Positions 34,290 to 44,639 of a stretch of DNA of 64,000 nucleotides are shown here, one piece after another. The translations under genes and the position numbers were made by a program. Each line of letters begins with the position of its first letter. Positions within the stretch are counted from its first letter, which is position 1. The notes under the pieces are model-generated. The model searched no databases, was not told where the DNA came from, and saw nothing but the letters and a program-made list of their open reading frames with translations. This DNA is from a virus: positions 32,001 to 96,000 of IMG/VR virus record IMGVR_UViG_3300032223_002232; one strand, 5' to 3'.

Positions 34290-34820
34290 ATGTCAAAGTT
34301 TAATAAATACGAAACATTATTAGAAACAGCCTTTTCACACTATTCAAATGGTGGGTTCAGGGAAGGTACACCTGTAAGAGTTAATAAAGCATTTTTATCT
34401 AGTCCTTATTTTCAAAAACACTATAGCGGCGATGCTAGTTTCGTTGCATGGTTAACTGATTTAGTTGAAAGAGAATACTTCTTCTTTATTAAAAGAGTTG
34501 TTGGTCATGGATCTTTACAAAACGTAAAGGATGCCAATGATAATGAAGGTGCTGGTGATTGTTTCTTGGTTTTAAAGACTGATCCAAGAACAGTTTCCAC
34601 TCCTACTGAATTATCCGAATTTACAGTACCCGGAGATTGGGCTTATGTACAAGTTGTACCAACTGGTGTGGGATTACCACCATTACAAGGCGTTCCTAAT
34701 AACTACGAACAGCCAATTGGTACAAAGCCACAAGAAGCTCCAGATTATTTTGGTATAAACAATCAGCCTACTGATAAGAATTTACCAAAAGTTAACGTTA
34801 CAATTAACGTTAAGAAATAA
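34290..34820 (+). CDS. Hypothetical late protein
   Basis: 176 aa with a late promoter; N-terminus MSKFNKYETLLE. Confidence 0.8.
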   Translation: MSKFNKYETLLETAFSHYSNGGFREGTPVRVNKAFLSSPYFQKHYSGDASFVAWLTDLVEREYFFFIKRVVGHGSLQNVKDANDNEGAGDCFLVLKTDPRTVSTPTELSEFTVPGDWAYVQVVPTGVGLPPLQGVPNNYEQPIGTKPQEAPDYFGINNQPTDKNLPKVNVTINVKK

Positions 34821-35730
34821 TCTTCGATAAACCTATAAGACAACAGAAGAAATTGATCTCGTGATCAAGTACTAGGTTATCCCTGTACATATGCTCACCT
34901 AATTCTATCATCATAGCCTTCTTTTTATCTTCACTATAACTGGATTCGTATACCATGTTAAATATCTCTCTCATAAGAGACTGATAATCTGCATTAAAAT
35001 TTCTTTCTTCTTCAATAACAATCTTTCTTATATCAAGAACTGGTTTTTTAGAAATATCATTGAATATACTCTCTGCTATATTCTTAACCCTGTTTGAATC
35101 AGTTATAATAAGCTCACCAGTGATGCAAAATCTTTGAAGGTCATTAATAATTCTCCTCATATCAGGAAAATTATTTTTAATATAACTTATTAAGCGTCTA
35201 TTGTCATTAACTTCAATGTTTTCACACTTTAATATGTGTAAACACCTAAAAATAGAATCATCAAGCTTTGGTGTAATGTTAAAAAGCAAACATCTTGAAC
35301 AAATTGGTTCAATGATCTTGTTTATATAGTTTGCAGTAAGAATAAACCTGTTTGTATCAGCATATTCTTCCATTACATTACGCAAAATCCTTTGTGCTTC
35401 TGGTGTAGTGCCACAAAACTCATCTAAAATGATTACTTTCTTCTTACCATCAATTGATCTAGTCTGTGAAAACGAAATAACCTTGTTTCTTATCGTATCA
35501 ACACCATTTTCATCGGAAGCATTGATGTAAAGATACTGACATTTAAGAATATCTTTTACAATTATCTTAGCAAGTGTAGTTTTACCTGTACCAGCATTAC
35601 CATAAAGTAAAAGATGTGGCGTATCTTCATTGATTTTAGAAAAGAAATCTTTATTGTCTTCAGATAAGACAATTTCATCCAACGATTTGGGTGCATATTT
35701 CTGAACCCATAACTGATCATACAAACTCAT
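34810..35730 (-). CDS. gp44: Clamp loader large subunit (RFC/AAA+)
   Basis: LWVQKYAPK, Walker A GNAGTGKTT, INASDENG, Walker B IILDE, ILTAN and the SRC motif. Confidence 0.95.
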   Translation of the reverse strand: MSLYDQLWVQKYAPKSLDEIVLSEDNKDFFSKINEDTPHLLLYGNAGTGKTTLAKIIVKDILKCQYLYINASDENGVDTIRNKVISFSQTRSIDGKKKVIILDEFCGTTPEAQRILRNVMEEYADTNRFILTANYINKIIEPICSRCLLFNITPKLDDSIFRCLHILKCENIEVNDNRRLISYIKNNFPDMRRIINDLQRFCITGELIITDSNRVKNIAESIFNDISKKPVLDIRKIVIEEERNFNADYQSLMREIFNMVYESSYSEDKKKAMMIELGEHMYRDNLVLDHEINFFCCLIGLSKIIS

Positions 35731-35765
35731 GCCTATATAATAGGCTATGAGAGGGTCATTGTCAA
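35731..35765 (-). promoter_or_regulatory. Sigma70-type promoter for gp44, leaderless
   Basis: TTGACA-17 nt-TATTAT-6 nt-ATG. Confidence 0.8.
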
Positions 35766-35938
35766 CCGTTAATCAATGATCTACCATCAGCTTGTGGGTT
35801 ACTCGTAAGAACTTCTCTTACCTGCTGATGATTATTTGTTTGTGTTGATCTATATGCCTCTAGTAAAGATACAATATGTTGTACTTTATCATTTGGAATT
35901 GTATAGCTTACACCATTTACTGTGATTGTTGTTGTCAT
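35762..35938 (-). CDS. Small hypothetical protein, 58 aa, not in the ORF track
   Basis: Manual translation MTTTITVNGVSYTIPNDKVQHIVSLLEAYRS...GRSLING*, with ATAAATA just upstream. Confidence 0.7.
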   Translation of the reverse strand: MTTTITVNGVSYTIPNDKVQHIVSLLEAYRSTQTNNHQQVREVLTSNPQADGRSLING

Positions 35939-35952
35939 TTGATATATTTATG

Positions 35953-36171
35953 TTATTTTCTTCTTTTATCAACCATTTTATCAAAAATCAATGATAAAGC
36001 AAAAAAAGTAGGAGACCATAAACCCACGAAAAGAGCCACATGTTCTTGGTGAAGTTTGTTTAAATCTAAAGGTACTGGATTAAACCAAAAAAATATAGAT
36101 GCTGTAATTGAAAAAAACCCAAAAAAGAAACATGCTTCTCTTAAAAATTTATAAATATTATCTTGTCTCAT
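35953..36171 (-). CDS. Small two-TM membrane protein
   Basis: 72 aa with two hydrophobic segments (ACFFFGFFSITASIFFWF and VALFVGLWSPTFFALSLIF). Confidence 0.7.
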   Translation of the reverse strand: MRQDNIYKFLREACFFFGFFSITASIFFWFNPVPLDLNKLHQEHVALFVGLWSPTFFALSLIFDKMVDKRRK

Positions 36172-36182
36172 ATGATATAATA

Positions 36183-36196
36183 GTAAGTATACTTAC
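36183..36196. promoter_or_regulatory. Palindromic bidirectional late-promoter candidate
   Basis: GTAAGTATACTTAC is a perfect 14-bp palindrome between divergent genes. Confidence 0.6.
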
Positions 36197-36676
36197 ATGA
36201 ACAATACTAATGATATAGATTCAATTATTCAAGAATTAAAAGCTGATGAAGCTCCAATGCCAGTTAATATCGAACCAACAACTAATAGCAATGTCAATGA
36301 TGAGAATGTAGGAGAATACGTTTATAAAAAATCATCAGAGCTTGTAGAATCTACATTAGGTGCTGTTCAAGCTTTAAAAGATACCGTTTTAACTGGTAGT
36401 GATCCAAAAGAAATTGCAGCTTTATCACAGTTAATTAACTCCGCAACAAAGGCTCTTGATCAATTAAATAAAATTAATATTCAAAATAAAGTTAGTAAAT
36501 CAAATGTTGAAATTAAAAAAATGGAAATTGAAGCCAATGTTAATCGTCCAATGCTTCCAAATACAACAAATGTTTTAATTGCTACTCGTGATGAAGTAAT
36601 GAAGCAATTATTTGATAAACCTTCAAAGAAAGGTAGTGGTTTAGATTTAATTGAAGGTGAATTTACTACTGAATAG
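36197..36676 (+). CDS. Probable terminase small subunit (gp16-like)
   Basis: 159-aa helical protein. DPKEIAALSQLINS and TTNVLIATRDEVMKQL parallel the gp16 PRxxEV and NxxFVGSTxEL motifs. Confidence 0.6.
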   Translation: MNNTNDIDSIIQELKADEAPMPVNIEPTTNSNVNDENVGEYVYKKSSELVESTLGAVQALKDTVLTGSDPKEIAALSQLINSATKALDQLNKINIQNKVSKSNVEIKKMEIEANVNRPMLPNTTNVLIATRDEVMKQLFDKPSKKGSGLDLIEGEFTTE

Positions 36677-36804
36677 ATAATTTCATCTATTCATATTATT
36701 TATAATTGTTTTATTATAAACAATTTATAGGGTATTTTATCTATTCACCCTTTACAATTCCTATACATTTATCAATAATTGCAGAGGTTTTGTAATGTAT
36801 GTAT

Positions 36805-36846
36805 AAAAAAAGAAACCCACCCCCTTGCGAGGATGGGTTCTTTTTG
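36805..36846. terminator. Rho-independent terminator after gp23, probably bidirectional
   Basis: A-tract, then the hairpin gaaacccacccccttgcgaggatgggttc, then a T-tract; 19 nt from the gp23 stop. Confidence 0.85.
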
Positions 36847-36864
36847 ATTGCGTGTCGTTGTCTC

Positions 36865-38346
36865 TTAGAGATAGCTGACGTAACCGTTTGCGCCGCCTTG
36901 GAAACCTTGTAGGCCAAGACCCTTAACTATAATAACGTGATAGTATAAGTTTGCACCAAAGATGTGATCAACAACGCCATAACGTGTCATAAGACCTACT
37001 CTTGGAGCAAAGTCATTAGGACCGATTGTGCGCTGAATCATCACAGGGATGTATGGGCAATATACGATACCAGTATCATAGTATTCAGATCCTTTGTAGC
37101 CTAAAAGGGCATATTCAAGTGCGTTTGCAGGGTTATTTACATCACCTCTGTCTCCGTTAAGATATTGGGCATCGGTACGAGTGTCACGATAAACTTGGAA
37201 ACGACCACCGAGTGTTCCAACTTTGGCAATGCCAGTTGGCTGGGTGTTGATGTTTCCGTTTACGGGCATCCACTGGTACTCAGGGAGCATCTCAAGGATT
37301 GCGCAAACACGAGGAGTAGCGATAATAAAATTAGCACTACCTCTGCGGTTACGAATTGCGATGCGGTTAGCTTCAACAATTACCTTTGAGTAGAAATCCC
37401 TGTTACGCTCACCTAACCAACGTGCGTCGGCTGATGCTGCGTACCAGTATGTGAATCCGGGGCCTTTACCTGCTGTAAGACAGACTTGGATCATACGGAT
37501 AACCATTTCACGGTCGATTTCGGACTGAATTTCATACGACATTGCGTTTGTTAATTCAGAATCGATATCTAAACCATTCATGTTCTTGAGATCTTGCTCA
37601 AGTTCAACTGACCAACGAGCGGCGAGACGGCGTGTGCCTGCCTCAACTGCTGTCTTGCTGAACTCAACAACAACCTGTGGGATGTTACCTGTTAATTCGA
37701 ACTGGTTAAGAAGAGCAGCAACACCTTGGTCTGCACCAAGAATGCTGAAGTCATCACCATTACCACTCAATTGAGCGGATGATGTACCAGTGAATCGTGT
37801 ATCCAAATACTGATAGCCAAGTTCCTTGCCGTCTGATGTCTGACGATTGTAGACTGTGCCATTTCCACCTGTGTAAGTAGATTGACCGCTGCCTGAACCA
37901 CCATTGATATCAAGACCATTGGAACCAAGACTATCTGCCTCATAGCGATAACGAAGAGCAAATGCGAGTCCTACTGGACCACTCATTGGCTGTACACCGA
38001 CGATCTCGTTTGTGATCAACTCAGGGAATGTACGGCGAACCATTGGGATAAGAATCTTAGGTAAACGTGAGTCACCTGTAGCATAAGTATCACCACTGAA
38101 GCCAGAACCGGGGGAAACCGGGCCTGTGCCGCCGAAAACACCAGAAACACCTGCTTGGTTCTGAGTTTCAGTTAAGCACCAGCGTTCTTGGTTTTCCATG
38201 AGAATCGCAGTTGATAATCTTTGGTGCTCGTTTTCGATTGCTGCAACCTTATCGGATGTGTAATCAAGAACTGGAGCCCACTTTTCAACTAACTGCTGTG
38301 CACGAGAACGATCAATGTAGCCAGCTGCTGGGTTTACATTTTTCAT
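36865..38346 (-). CDS. gp23: Major capsid protein
   Basis: KWAPVL, TAILMENQ, VGVQPMSGPVGLAFALR, WSVELEQDLK, YCPYIP and PRVGLMTRYG. SD AGGAGG; GC-richer codon usage. Confidence 0.98.
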   Translation of the reverse strand: MKNVNPAAGYIDRSRAQQLVEKWAPVLDYTSDKVAAIENEHQRLSTAILMENQERWCLTETQNQAGVSGVFGGTGPVSPGSGFSGDTYATGDSRLPKILIPMVRRTFPELITNEIVGVQPMSGPVGLAFALRYRYEADSLGSNGLDINGGSGSGQSTYTGGNGTVYNRQTSDGKELGYQYLDTRFTGTSSAQLSGNGDDFSILGADQGVAALLNQFELTGNIPQVVVEFSKTAVEAGTRRLAARWSVELEQDLKNMNGLDIDSELTNAMSYEIQSEIDREMVIRMIQVCLTAGKGPGFTYWYAASADARWLGERNRDFYSKVIVEANRIAIRNRRGSANFIIATPRVCAILEMLPEYQWMPVNGNINTQPTGIAKVGTLGGRFQVYRDTRTDAQYLNGDRGDVNNPANALEYALLGYKGSEYYDTGIVYCPYIPVMIQRTIGPNDFAPRVGLMTRYGVVDHIFGANLYYHVIIVKGLGLQGFQGGANGYVSYL

Positions 38347-38400
38347 TTGTTTTTGTCCTCCTATGGATAGAATACAGAATTAAGAGTTAAGTAATAAAAA

Positions 38401-39294
38401 TTACTTTCTCTTTAATTCATTCAGATATCCGCTGACAGAATCATTTGATTCGTCAGATGCGCTTGTGGATTCAACAACAACTTCTCTTGTAGGAATCTTT
38501 GCACCAAAGCTTTGGGCTTTGGATGTAGCTTCACTAACAAGTTCGGTTGCAGTTTCTTCCTCACTGCGCTCAAACATCTCAACAACGTAGTTAAAATTCT
38601 CTTGAATATAAGAACTGTCTTTGTCGTTCAATAATTTAAAGATAAAATCTTTTTTAACAGAAGGCATACCAACTGTCTTCTCTTCTAAAACTGATTTAGC
38701 TTCAATGGACTTAATTTTTCCTAAAAGAGTTTCATTCTCTTTATAGGATTCATTAAGCTTTTCATTGAGTTCATCAATTTTTTCTTTGCCTTCTGAAATT
38801 GTACCCTTGATTGAATCATTTACATGATCAGGGTCGATACCAACTAAGCCACGGATCTTATCAAGTTGCTTACGAGCATATGTATTAGATACTGCTTCAT
38901 TTAATTGGTCTTGTGGAATTAATTTTTCTAAAGTGATATCAAGGAAGTTACTAACTTGATCAATCATTTTATTTGAAAAGTCATCTGCCTTTTCGTTAAG
39001 AGCATTACGGAAATAAGCAGTAAGTTTTTCTAATTTTTCTGTGTGGTCTAAATTGATAGCCTCAACAACTTTTTCAAGTTTGCCTGTATGATCTGTATCA
39101 ATTGCCTCTAAAAGCTTTTGAAGTTTTTCTGCATGGTCTTCATCAATTTTTGATGTTGCATTTTCAACTTCAAGTTTGATTCTTGAATCGACTTTTTCGT
39201 TAACAGCAACTTCAAATGCTTCTGCAATTGCTGATGCTGTTTCTTCTGAAAGAATATCTTTGTCGATTTTTTCTAAGAGTGCTTTTATATTCAT
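38401..39294 (-). CDS. gp22: Prohead core scaffold protein
   Basis: Acidic coiled-coil protein with AFEVAVNEKV, located between gp21 and gp23. Confidence 0.85.
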   Translation of the reverse strand: MNIKALLEKIDKDILSEETASAIAEAFEVAVNEKVDSRIKLEVENATSKIDEDHAEKLQKLLEAIDTDHTGKLEKVVEAINLDHTEKLEKLTAYFRNALNEKADDFSNKMIDQVSNFLDITLEKLIPQDQLNEAVSNTYARKQLDKIRGLVGIDPDHVNDSIKGTISEGKEKIDELNEKLNESYKENETLLGKIKSIEAKSVLEEKTVGMPSVKKDFIFKLLNDKDSSYIQENFNYVVEMFERSEEETATELVSEATSKAQSFGAKIPTREVVVESTSASDESNDSVSGYLNELKRK

Positions 39295-39321
39295 AAAATG
39301 TTGTATAATAACTTATCCTTT

Positions 39322-39600
39322 TTATTTCCCTTTTTTAGAAGTTTTTTTTGAACCCTTCTTTTTTGCAATCATTTCCATGAAACGCTTTTTGTTTTCTTCT
39401 TTGGAAAGCTTGCCTTTCTTTTCATCCTTTTTAGCAAAAGGATTTTTCTTTTCGGATTCTTCTTCAACTTTTTTTGCGGTCTTTGCTACACGAGCTTTAA
39501 CTTTCTCCTCAACGACCTTTTTTAAATCATCATTTGCTTGAGCATAATTCTGCTCAACAAGACTTGTTATAAATTTTGATATTAGTTTACGAATTTCCAT
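39322..39600 (-). CDS. Small Lys/Glu-rich prohead core protein candidate (gp67/68-like)
   Basis: Lies in the head cluster with ATAAGTA 5 nt upstream. Confidence 0.55.
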   Translation of the reverse strand: MEIRKLISKFITSLVEQNYAQANDDLKKVVEEKVKARVAKTAKKVEEESEKKNPFAKKDEKKGKLSKEENKKRFMEMIAKKKGSKKTSKKGK

Positions 39601-39618
39601 AATAGTACTTATCCTTAA

Positions 39619-40287
39619 TTATGCATTTTTCAATAAATTGATAAATCCAATAATACATTCTTTAAGATATTGGTCTTTATTATTTCTTGGAAGTTTGGAA
39701 ATTTGATTTTCAAGCTTTTCGTAAAATGGTTCGAATTTTCCATCATCAGCAAGAACCCATTGTTTGGATTCAAGGATACCATTAACAAATGCTGTTGGTA
39801 CTGATGGGTCTGCAACAACGTCAATTGCGACAAGACGGAAGTCAGTTACTTTGTTGTAACCTTTTTCATTTTCAACTCTTCCGAGTGCACGAGAAGAAAC
39901 TCCGAGCTTAACGCCATCAAGCATTAATGAACGAACAACTTGTCCCATTGGTGTTGAAAGTACTTTTGATTTGCCCATGAAAATATCACCATCTTGTTTT
40001 AATTCGGTAACAATGTGACATGCTCTTTCTAAATTAACATCTGGTGATGTTGGGTGATTGAGTTCACCTGTTGCTCTTTTATTAACAATCATTTCTGATG
40101 AATAACGATTAACTTCTTCAATCATTTGATCTAATGGATAAACTCTGTTATTTCTATTTGGTTTATTCGCCATTAAAAATGGTCCGTAAAAACTCATATT
40201 AGATGGGGCGTTTCTGTTTTTCTCTTCAACCAAATAGCTCAATTCATAACTTGGTGTTTCTACTAATAGATTATAGGCATTACTCAT
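39619..40287 (-). CDS. gp21: Prohead protease
   Basis: NRNNRVYP, GELNHP, LGVSSRALG and DVVADPS. Confidence 0.96.
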   Translation of the reverse strand: MSNAYNLLVETPSYELSYLVEEKNRNAPSNMSFYGPFLMANKPNRNNRVYPLDQMIEEVNRYSSEMIVNKRATGELNHPTSPDVNLERACHIVTELKQDGDIFMGKSKVLSTPMGQVVRSLMLDGVKLGVSSRALGRVENEKGYNKVTDFRLVAIDVVADPSVPTAFVNGILESKQWVLADDGKFEPFYEKLENQISKLPRNNKDQYLKECIIGFINLLKNA

Positions 40288-40315
40288 ATGTTATTATTAC
40301 TTATACCATACTTAT

Positions 40316-40774
40316 TCAATTTAAATGGTTTTCATTTAAAATAATAAATGTGTATCCTTTTTTTGAGCACCAAGCTCTAGCTGCTTCCCATTTTGCTTGG
40401 TTTACAGCCCATTGATATTTTTCATATATTAGCGTTTTTTGTTTTTTTCTTGGTGATTCAACTGGTGGTCTTGTTTGTCTCTCAGGTTTAACTTCAATTA
40501 ATAATTTTTTAATTGTACCATCCTTTGATTGAAGTTTTGCAACTAGATCTACAAAGTATCTATGTATTTTTCCATCAGCTGGTGACTCGTATGGTACAAC
40601 AACTGATTCTGAACTCCAACTTAATACATTAGGATTGTTATCTAAATAACGAAAAGCCTTAAGTTCCATCATCGATCTATATACTGGTGTTGAACCAATA
40701 TATTTTTTAGGATTTTTAGGTTTATAAATACCTTGAGTAAAATTTCTATTTTTCTTTCCTAAATTTTTATTCAT
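40316..40774 (-). CDS. gp4: Head completion nuclease (TnsA-like)
   Basis: YKPKNPKKY, YRS..E, WSSE, HRYFVD, IEVKP and NQAKWEAA. Confidence 0.92.
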   Translation of the reverse strand: MNKNLGKKNRNFTQGIYKPKNPKKYIGSTPVYRSMMELKAFRYLDNNPNVLSWSSESVVVPYESPADGKIHRYFVDLVAKLQSKDGTIKKLLIEVKPERQTRPPVESPRKKQKTLIYEKYQWAVNQAKWEAARAWCSKKGYTFIILNENHLN

Positions 40775-41649
40775 TAGCCAAGGAAAAAGTTTGTTGGTGA
40801 ACGATCAATAAGATCAGTTGTAATTTCTTTTTCCAATTCATCCTTTTCTTTCTCACCCTGTCTTAATACATCAGCACCATTTACTGTTTGACCACCAAAT
40901 AAACTAGTACCTTGAAATTTATTTCTAATATGACCTACTGCTATTTTTGTTAATGCAAGAGTATAACGATAAACCCATAATTGTGTTACTAAAAATCTAA
41001 TAGGTTTTTGCATTTTACATCCAACAAGACCAAAATATATATTATTCTGTGGTGGTTCTGGAATAATCTTTAATATTTGTGTATCGGGATTAAATCTCAT
41101 ATATGGCATTTGACCAAGAATTTTTTCTCTGGTTTTTAACCAATCTTTCATCACATGGAATGTTATTAAATCAAATCCAACATTACCAAGTAAGTGACCA
41201 AAGTATGCTTGTTGTGCAATTGTATTTTCAATTGTAAAAAGAGTGTTAACACCTGAATTATTACCTTGTTCAAATGAGAATACATCAATAACTTTTCTAT
41301 AATCACCCAAATCAACATCATAACCACCACTTAATGCTGATAAACTTGTACTATCTGCATTAACGGAATTATACATATCTGGTGTGACATTTATTAATCT
41401 ACCAATTGGTAAACCTACATTTTTAATATAAAGATCCGATCTAAAAATTAGATATTCTTCTTCTTCACCTGCAAATTTTGTAAAATATTCAATAGCAATA
41501 TCAATGAACTCATATATTTGTTCACTACTAATTTCAATTTCAATTAGTGGTGCGCCTAATGTTCTTTTTACTCTTTGTGCAAGAGCATCATAGGTGCTTA
41601 CCTTTGAATTGAAAGTTGTGCTACCGTGATATGTGGGGACTATACTCAT
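40774..41649 (-). CDS. gp13: Neck protein
   Basis: LGAPLIEIE, WVYRYTLAL and KFQGTSLFGGQTVNG match gp13. Confidence 0.88.
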   Translation of the reverse strand: MSIVPTYHGSTTFNSKVSTYDALAQRVKRTLGAPLIEIEISSEQIYEFIDIAIEYFTKFAGEEEEYLIFRSDLYIKNVGLPIGRLINVTPDMYNSVNADSTSLSALSGGYDVDLGDYRKVIDVFSFEQGNNSGVNTLFTIENTIAQQAYFGHLLGNVGFDLITFHVMKDWLKTREKILGQMPYMRFNPDTQILKIIPEPPQNNIYFGLVGCKMQKPIRFLVTQLWVYRYTLALTKIAVGHIRNKFQGTSLFGGQTVNGADVLRQGEKEKDELEKEITTDLIDRSPTNFFLG

Positions 41650-41664
41650 TATATTAATATTTAG

Positions 41665-44577
41665 TTAAATTCCGTATTTGTTTCTGATATATCTATTAAC
41701 TTTATTCATATCAGTATCAGATAATGATGTATTATAGATAATAACCTCTGCTATATCCGCATCTGCAAAGTATTCTGGAATTAATCCAGAATTAAAAATC
41801 CAACTTCCTAAAATTATTGGAGAATCTACTGGATTTGTATTTGTAGCTTTTGATGCGATTTTTGAACCATTTGAATAAAAATCTGATATTAATGATGTTT
41901 TATTAGTATTAAATGCTACCGATACTGGTTTATTTAAAATTGGTGTTCCTATTATTGTACCGCCATTTGCTGAAGTAAAAATTCCATAATTAGAATCATC
42001 AGATCCAATATTCATTTCACCACCAGAACCAAATTCACTACCTAATGTGAATACGCAATCAATATCATATGTTCTATGTAAATCTCTCCATTTAAATACA
42101 ACAAACCATGTAAAGCTACTACTTCCTAAAGTTTGTTCTCCTCTTAATGCGCTACCACTAAATTGATCAATTGCCGTAAATCTAACTGCTGGTTTATTGT
42201 TTATGCTGTAATCGCTTAATGTTGGAGCGTACACAGTACCGTAACCAGCTGCTTGTATGGTCAAATCAATACCACTTCCTGATTTATCAAGCCATGTGTA
42301 AACTTCTTCACCATTTGATGCTGGTGATGTTGAAACATTTAATACTGTTGCGGTATCACTTGAATCATACCATGCATATAAACCGCTAATTTGATCGGGT
42401 GTAAATGGTGCAACATAGTTTGATAATATTTTAGGTTTATTTGTTAGTGGTGTAAATGGATATTGTAGTCTATGATCATGTAATGTTCGAATTTCATCAA
42501 TACTTAAAGTTCTGTTCCATAAACCAACTGCATCAAATTGATTTGTTCCACCATATTCCGCTCCACCAGACATTGCAGAACCATTTATCGCAAATCCTAT
42601 ATAGTTATTATATTGAATTGGTGTGTATAAAGTTGTGTATGATACAAAATTATCAAATTTTCCATTAATATATAATGATAATGTTTTTGCAACACAATCA
42701 TGTACAATTGCAATATGAACCCATTTGTTAGTTTTTAATTTATGAGTTGAATAAAAACTTTTATCATCAATTCCACTGTAAGCTAAACTAAGCCAAATTT
42801 TATCTTGTTGTTGTTGTACATATAATCCCATTGCACTGAAATTACCACCATAAATGGTAGTAATATCTGTTGTATTATTTGGATGATACCAGAAAGAATG
42901 AGAATAGCTTTGTGGTGAGGCATATATGTCCCATAAATCAGTATTATAATACAATGATCCACCAGCACTGAAATCAGCACTACCATTAATCTCTCCAGTT
43001 CCCTGTGTATATGATCCAGAAAGATTTATACCGTTACCAGATGAGTCATTTGCATCACCATCAAAATTATAAAATGCAACAAGACCAGATATTGGTGGTG
43101 TGTATGTATATAGTTCTTGTGGTAGTGGATATTGTCTGCCATCCCCTGAGTTATAAAGTTTAGATATTTCTAAATCAGATAATATCCTATCCCATATTCC
43201 AATATCATCAACCTTTAAAGTATTTCCACCACTATGCCATCCGTTAGGTGAGAAAATATCATCACCAATTACTATTCTATCAAATGTTTTACCTGCCCAC
43301 TGTGAAATTGGGTGAGGATTAATACCAGTTAATTGATCAACTGCATAGTTTCCAGAATATTTAATTCCATTAACATATAAATTAACATTTGCTTGTTCGT
43401 CGCATGTGAGTGTAACATGTACCCATTGATCAATAAGTGGATTAGATGAATTATATTCAGATATTATGCCACCGTTACATCTACATGAAACAGTTCCTAA
43501 ATATGTTCCATAATAACTATTCCATATACCTATTGCAATTTGATAGTCCTCTATATTTTGACCTGCATGTTGACTGTTTTGTAATACAAATATAGGAGAC
43601 CAATAAGGAAAATTATCAGGCCAATAATTTAAATTAAACCATCCACTAATTGTTACTGGTAATTTGGTATTAACCGTTCCTCGTAATGAACCATCAACAT
43701 CGAATAATGCACCACCACCAATTTTACCATCACCAAGGGATATACCATTATTATTAGTGAGTTTATTTCCATTATTTGAAGCAGCAAGATTTAAACCACC
43801 AGATCCATTGTCATCTAAATTCCAAAATGAATTTAATTTATAATGTAAATTAAGACTATAATTTTGTGCATTTAAATTAATTTTTGAATTATTAGATACA
43901 CTTGGATCTTGTGTACCAATACCATTATTATATAAAGCATTTATTTGTTGTTGATTTAAGGCATAATTCCAAATACCAACTGCATCCATTTCCATTGCAT
44001 GTCCTTCTCCATTACTATAACCTAAAACTAAAGGCTGAGAAGATGCAAACGGTATAAACCCAACCGAATTTTTATATACTAAATTACCATCAATATAAAG
44101 TAATGCATCAGTTCCATCATAAACTAAAACTAAATGATGCCATTGTCCATCACCAATCATTAAGCCTGTTTCCATTCTATTAAAACCGCTACCATTTGGT
44201 TGTGGACTAAACAATAAATTTAATTCACCATAATCATGATCATCATATAACCCCCAAGAAAATGATCCAGATGTTTGAATTCTACTGGTGTCACCCCATT
44301 GTCCAATAAGGCCCGGCGCATGGTCTCCATAATTATATGTATATTTGACCCAGAAACTTGCTGAAAAAGGTCTTGATGCTATTGCTGGAAAATTATCATA
44401 AGTTAACATGTTACTTCCATTAAAAACTGCATCATTATTTAAAACTCCACTTGAATTAGTTACACCACCAACATCTGTTAAATCATAACCATTACCACTT
44501 GAATCACTCCAAGAAGAATCATCCAATGTCCAGAATGCAATCGGTGGTGCAAATTGTGATTTATATATAATACTCAT
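41665..44577 (-). CDS. Multi-LamG (concanavalin A-like) virion protein
   Basis: Three repeats of 'xWxLD..DSSGNG...WHHLV..Y...LYIDG...D.VGIWN.AL', plus a fourth LYAWYDSSD..WLDKSG..AEVIIYN domain. Confidence 0.85.
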   Translation of the reverse strand: MSIIYKSQFAPPIAFWTLDDSSWSDSSGNGYDLTDVGGVTNSSGVLNNDAVFNGSNMLTYDNFPAIASRPFSASFWVKYTYNYGDHAPGLIGQWGDTSRIQTSGSFSWGLYDDHDYGELNLLFSPQPNGSGFNRMETGLMIGDGQWHHLVLVYDGTDALLYIDGNLVYKNSVGFIPFASSQPLVLGYSNGEGHAMEMDAVGIWNYALNQQQINALYNNGIGTQDPSVSNNSKINLNAQNYSLNLHYKLNSFWNLDDNGSGGLNLAASNNGNKLTNNNGISLGDGKIGGGALFDVDGSLRGTVNTKLPVTISGWFNLNYWPDNFPYWSPIFVLQNSQHAGQNIEDYQIAIGIWNSYYGTYLGTVSCRCNGGIISEYNSSNPLIDQWVHVTLTCDEQANVNLYVNGIKYSGNYAVDQLTGINPHPISQWAGKTFDRIVIGDDIFSPNGWHSGGNTLKVDDIGIWDRILSDLEISKLYNSGDGRQYPLPQELYTYTPPISGLVAFYNFDGDANDSSGNGINLSGSYTQGTGEINGSADFSAGGSLYYNTDLWDIYASPQSYSHSFWYHPNNTTDITTIYGGNFSAMGLYVQQQQDKIWLSLAYSGIDDKSFYSTHKLKTNKWVHIAIVHDCVAKTLSLYINGKFDNFVSYTTLYTPIQYNNYIGFAINGSAMSGGAEYGGTNQFDAVGLWNRTLSIDEIRTLHDHRLQYPFTPLTNKPKILSNYVAPFTPDQISGLYAWYDSSDTATVLNVSTSPASNGEEVYTWLDKSGSGIDLTIQAAGYGTVYAPTLSDYSINNKPAVRFTAIDQFSGSALRGEQTLGSSSFTWFVVFKWRDLHRTYDIDCVFTLGSEFGSGGEMNIGSDDSNYGIFTSANGGTIIGTPILNKPVSVAFNTNKTSLISDFYSNGSKIASKATNTNPVDSPIILGSWIFNSGLIPEYFADADIAEVIIYNTSLSDTDMNKVNRYIRNKYGI

Positions 44578-44639
44578 TACTTTTAATATTTAGTAGCTTA
44601 ATTTGATTTATCTGCTATAACTTATAAATTATACAATAT

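Noticed and set aside
40316-40774. TnsA-like transposase or homing endonuclease
   Set aside because: Motifs and position next to gp13 and gp21 fit the gp4 head completion protein.
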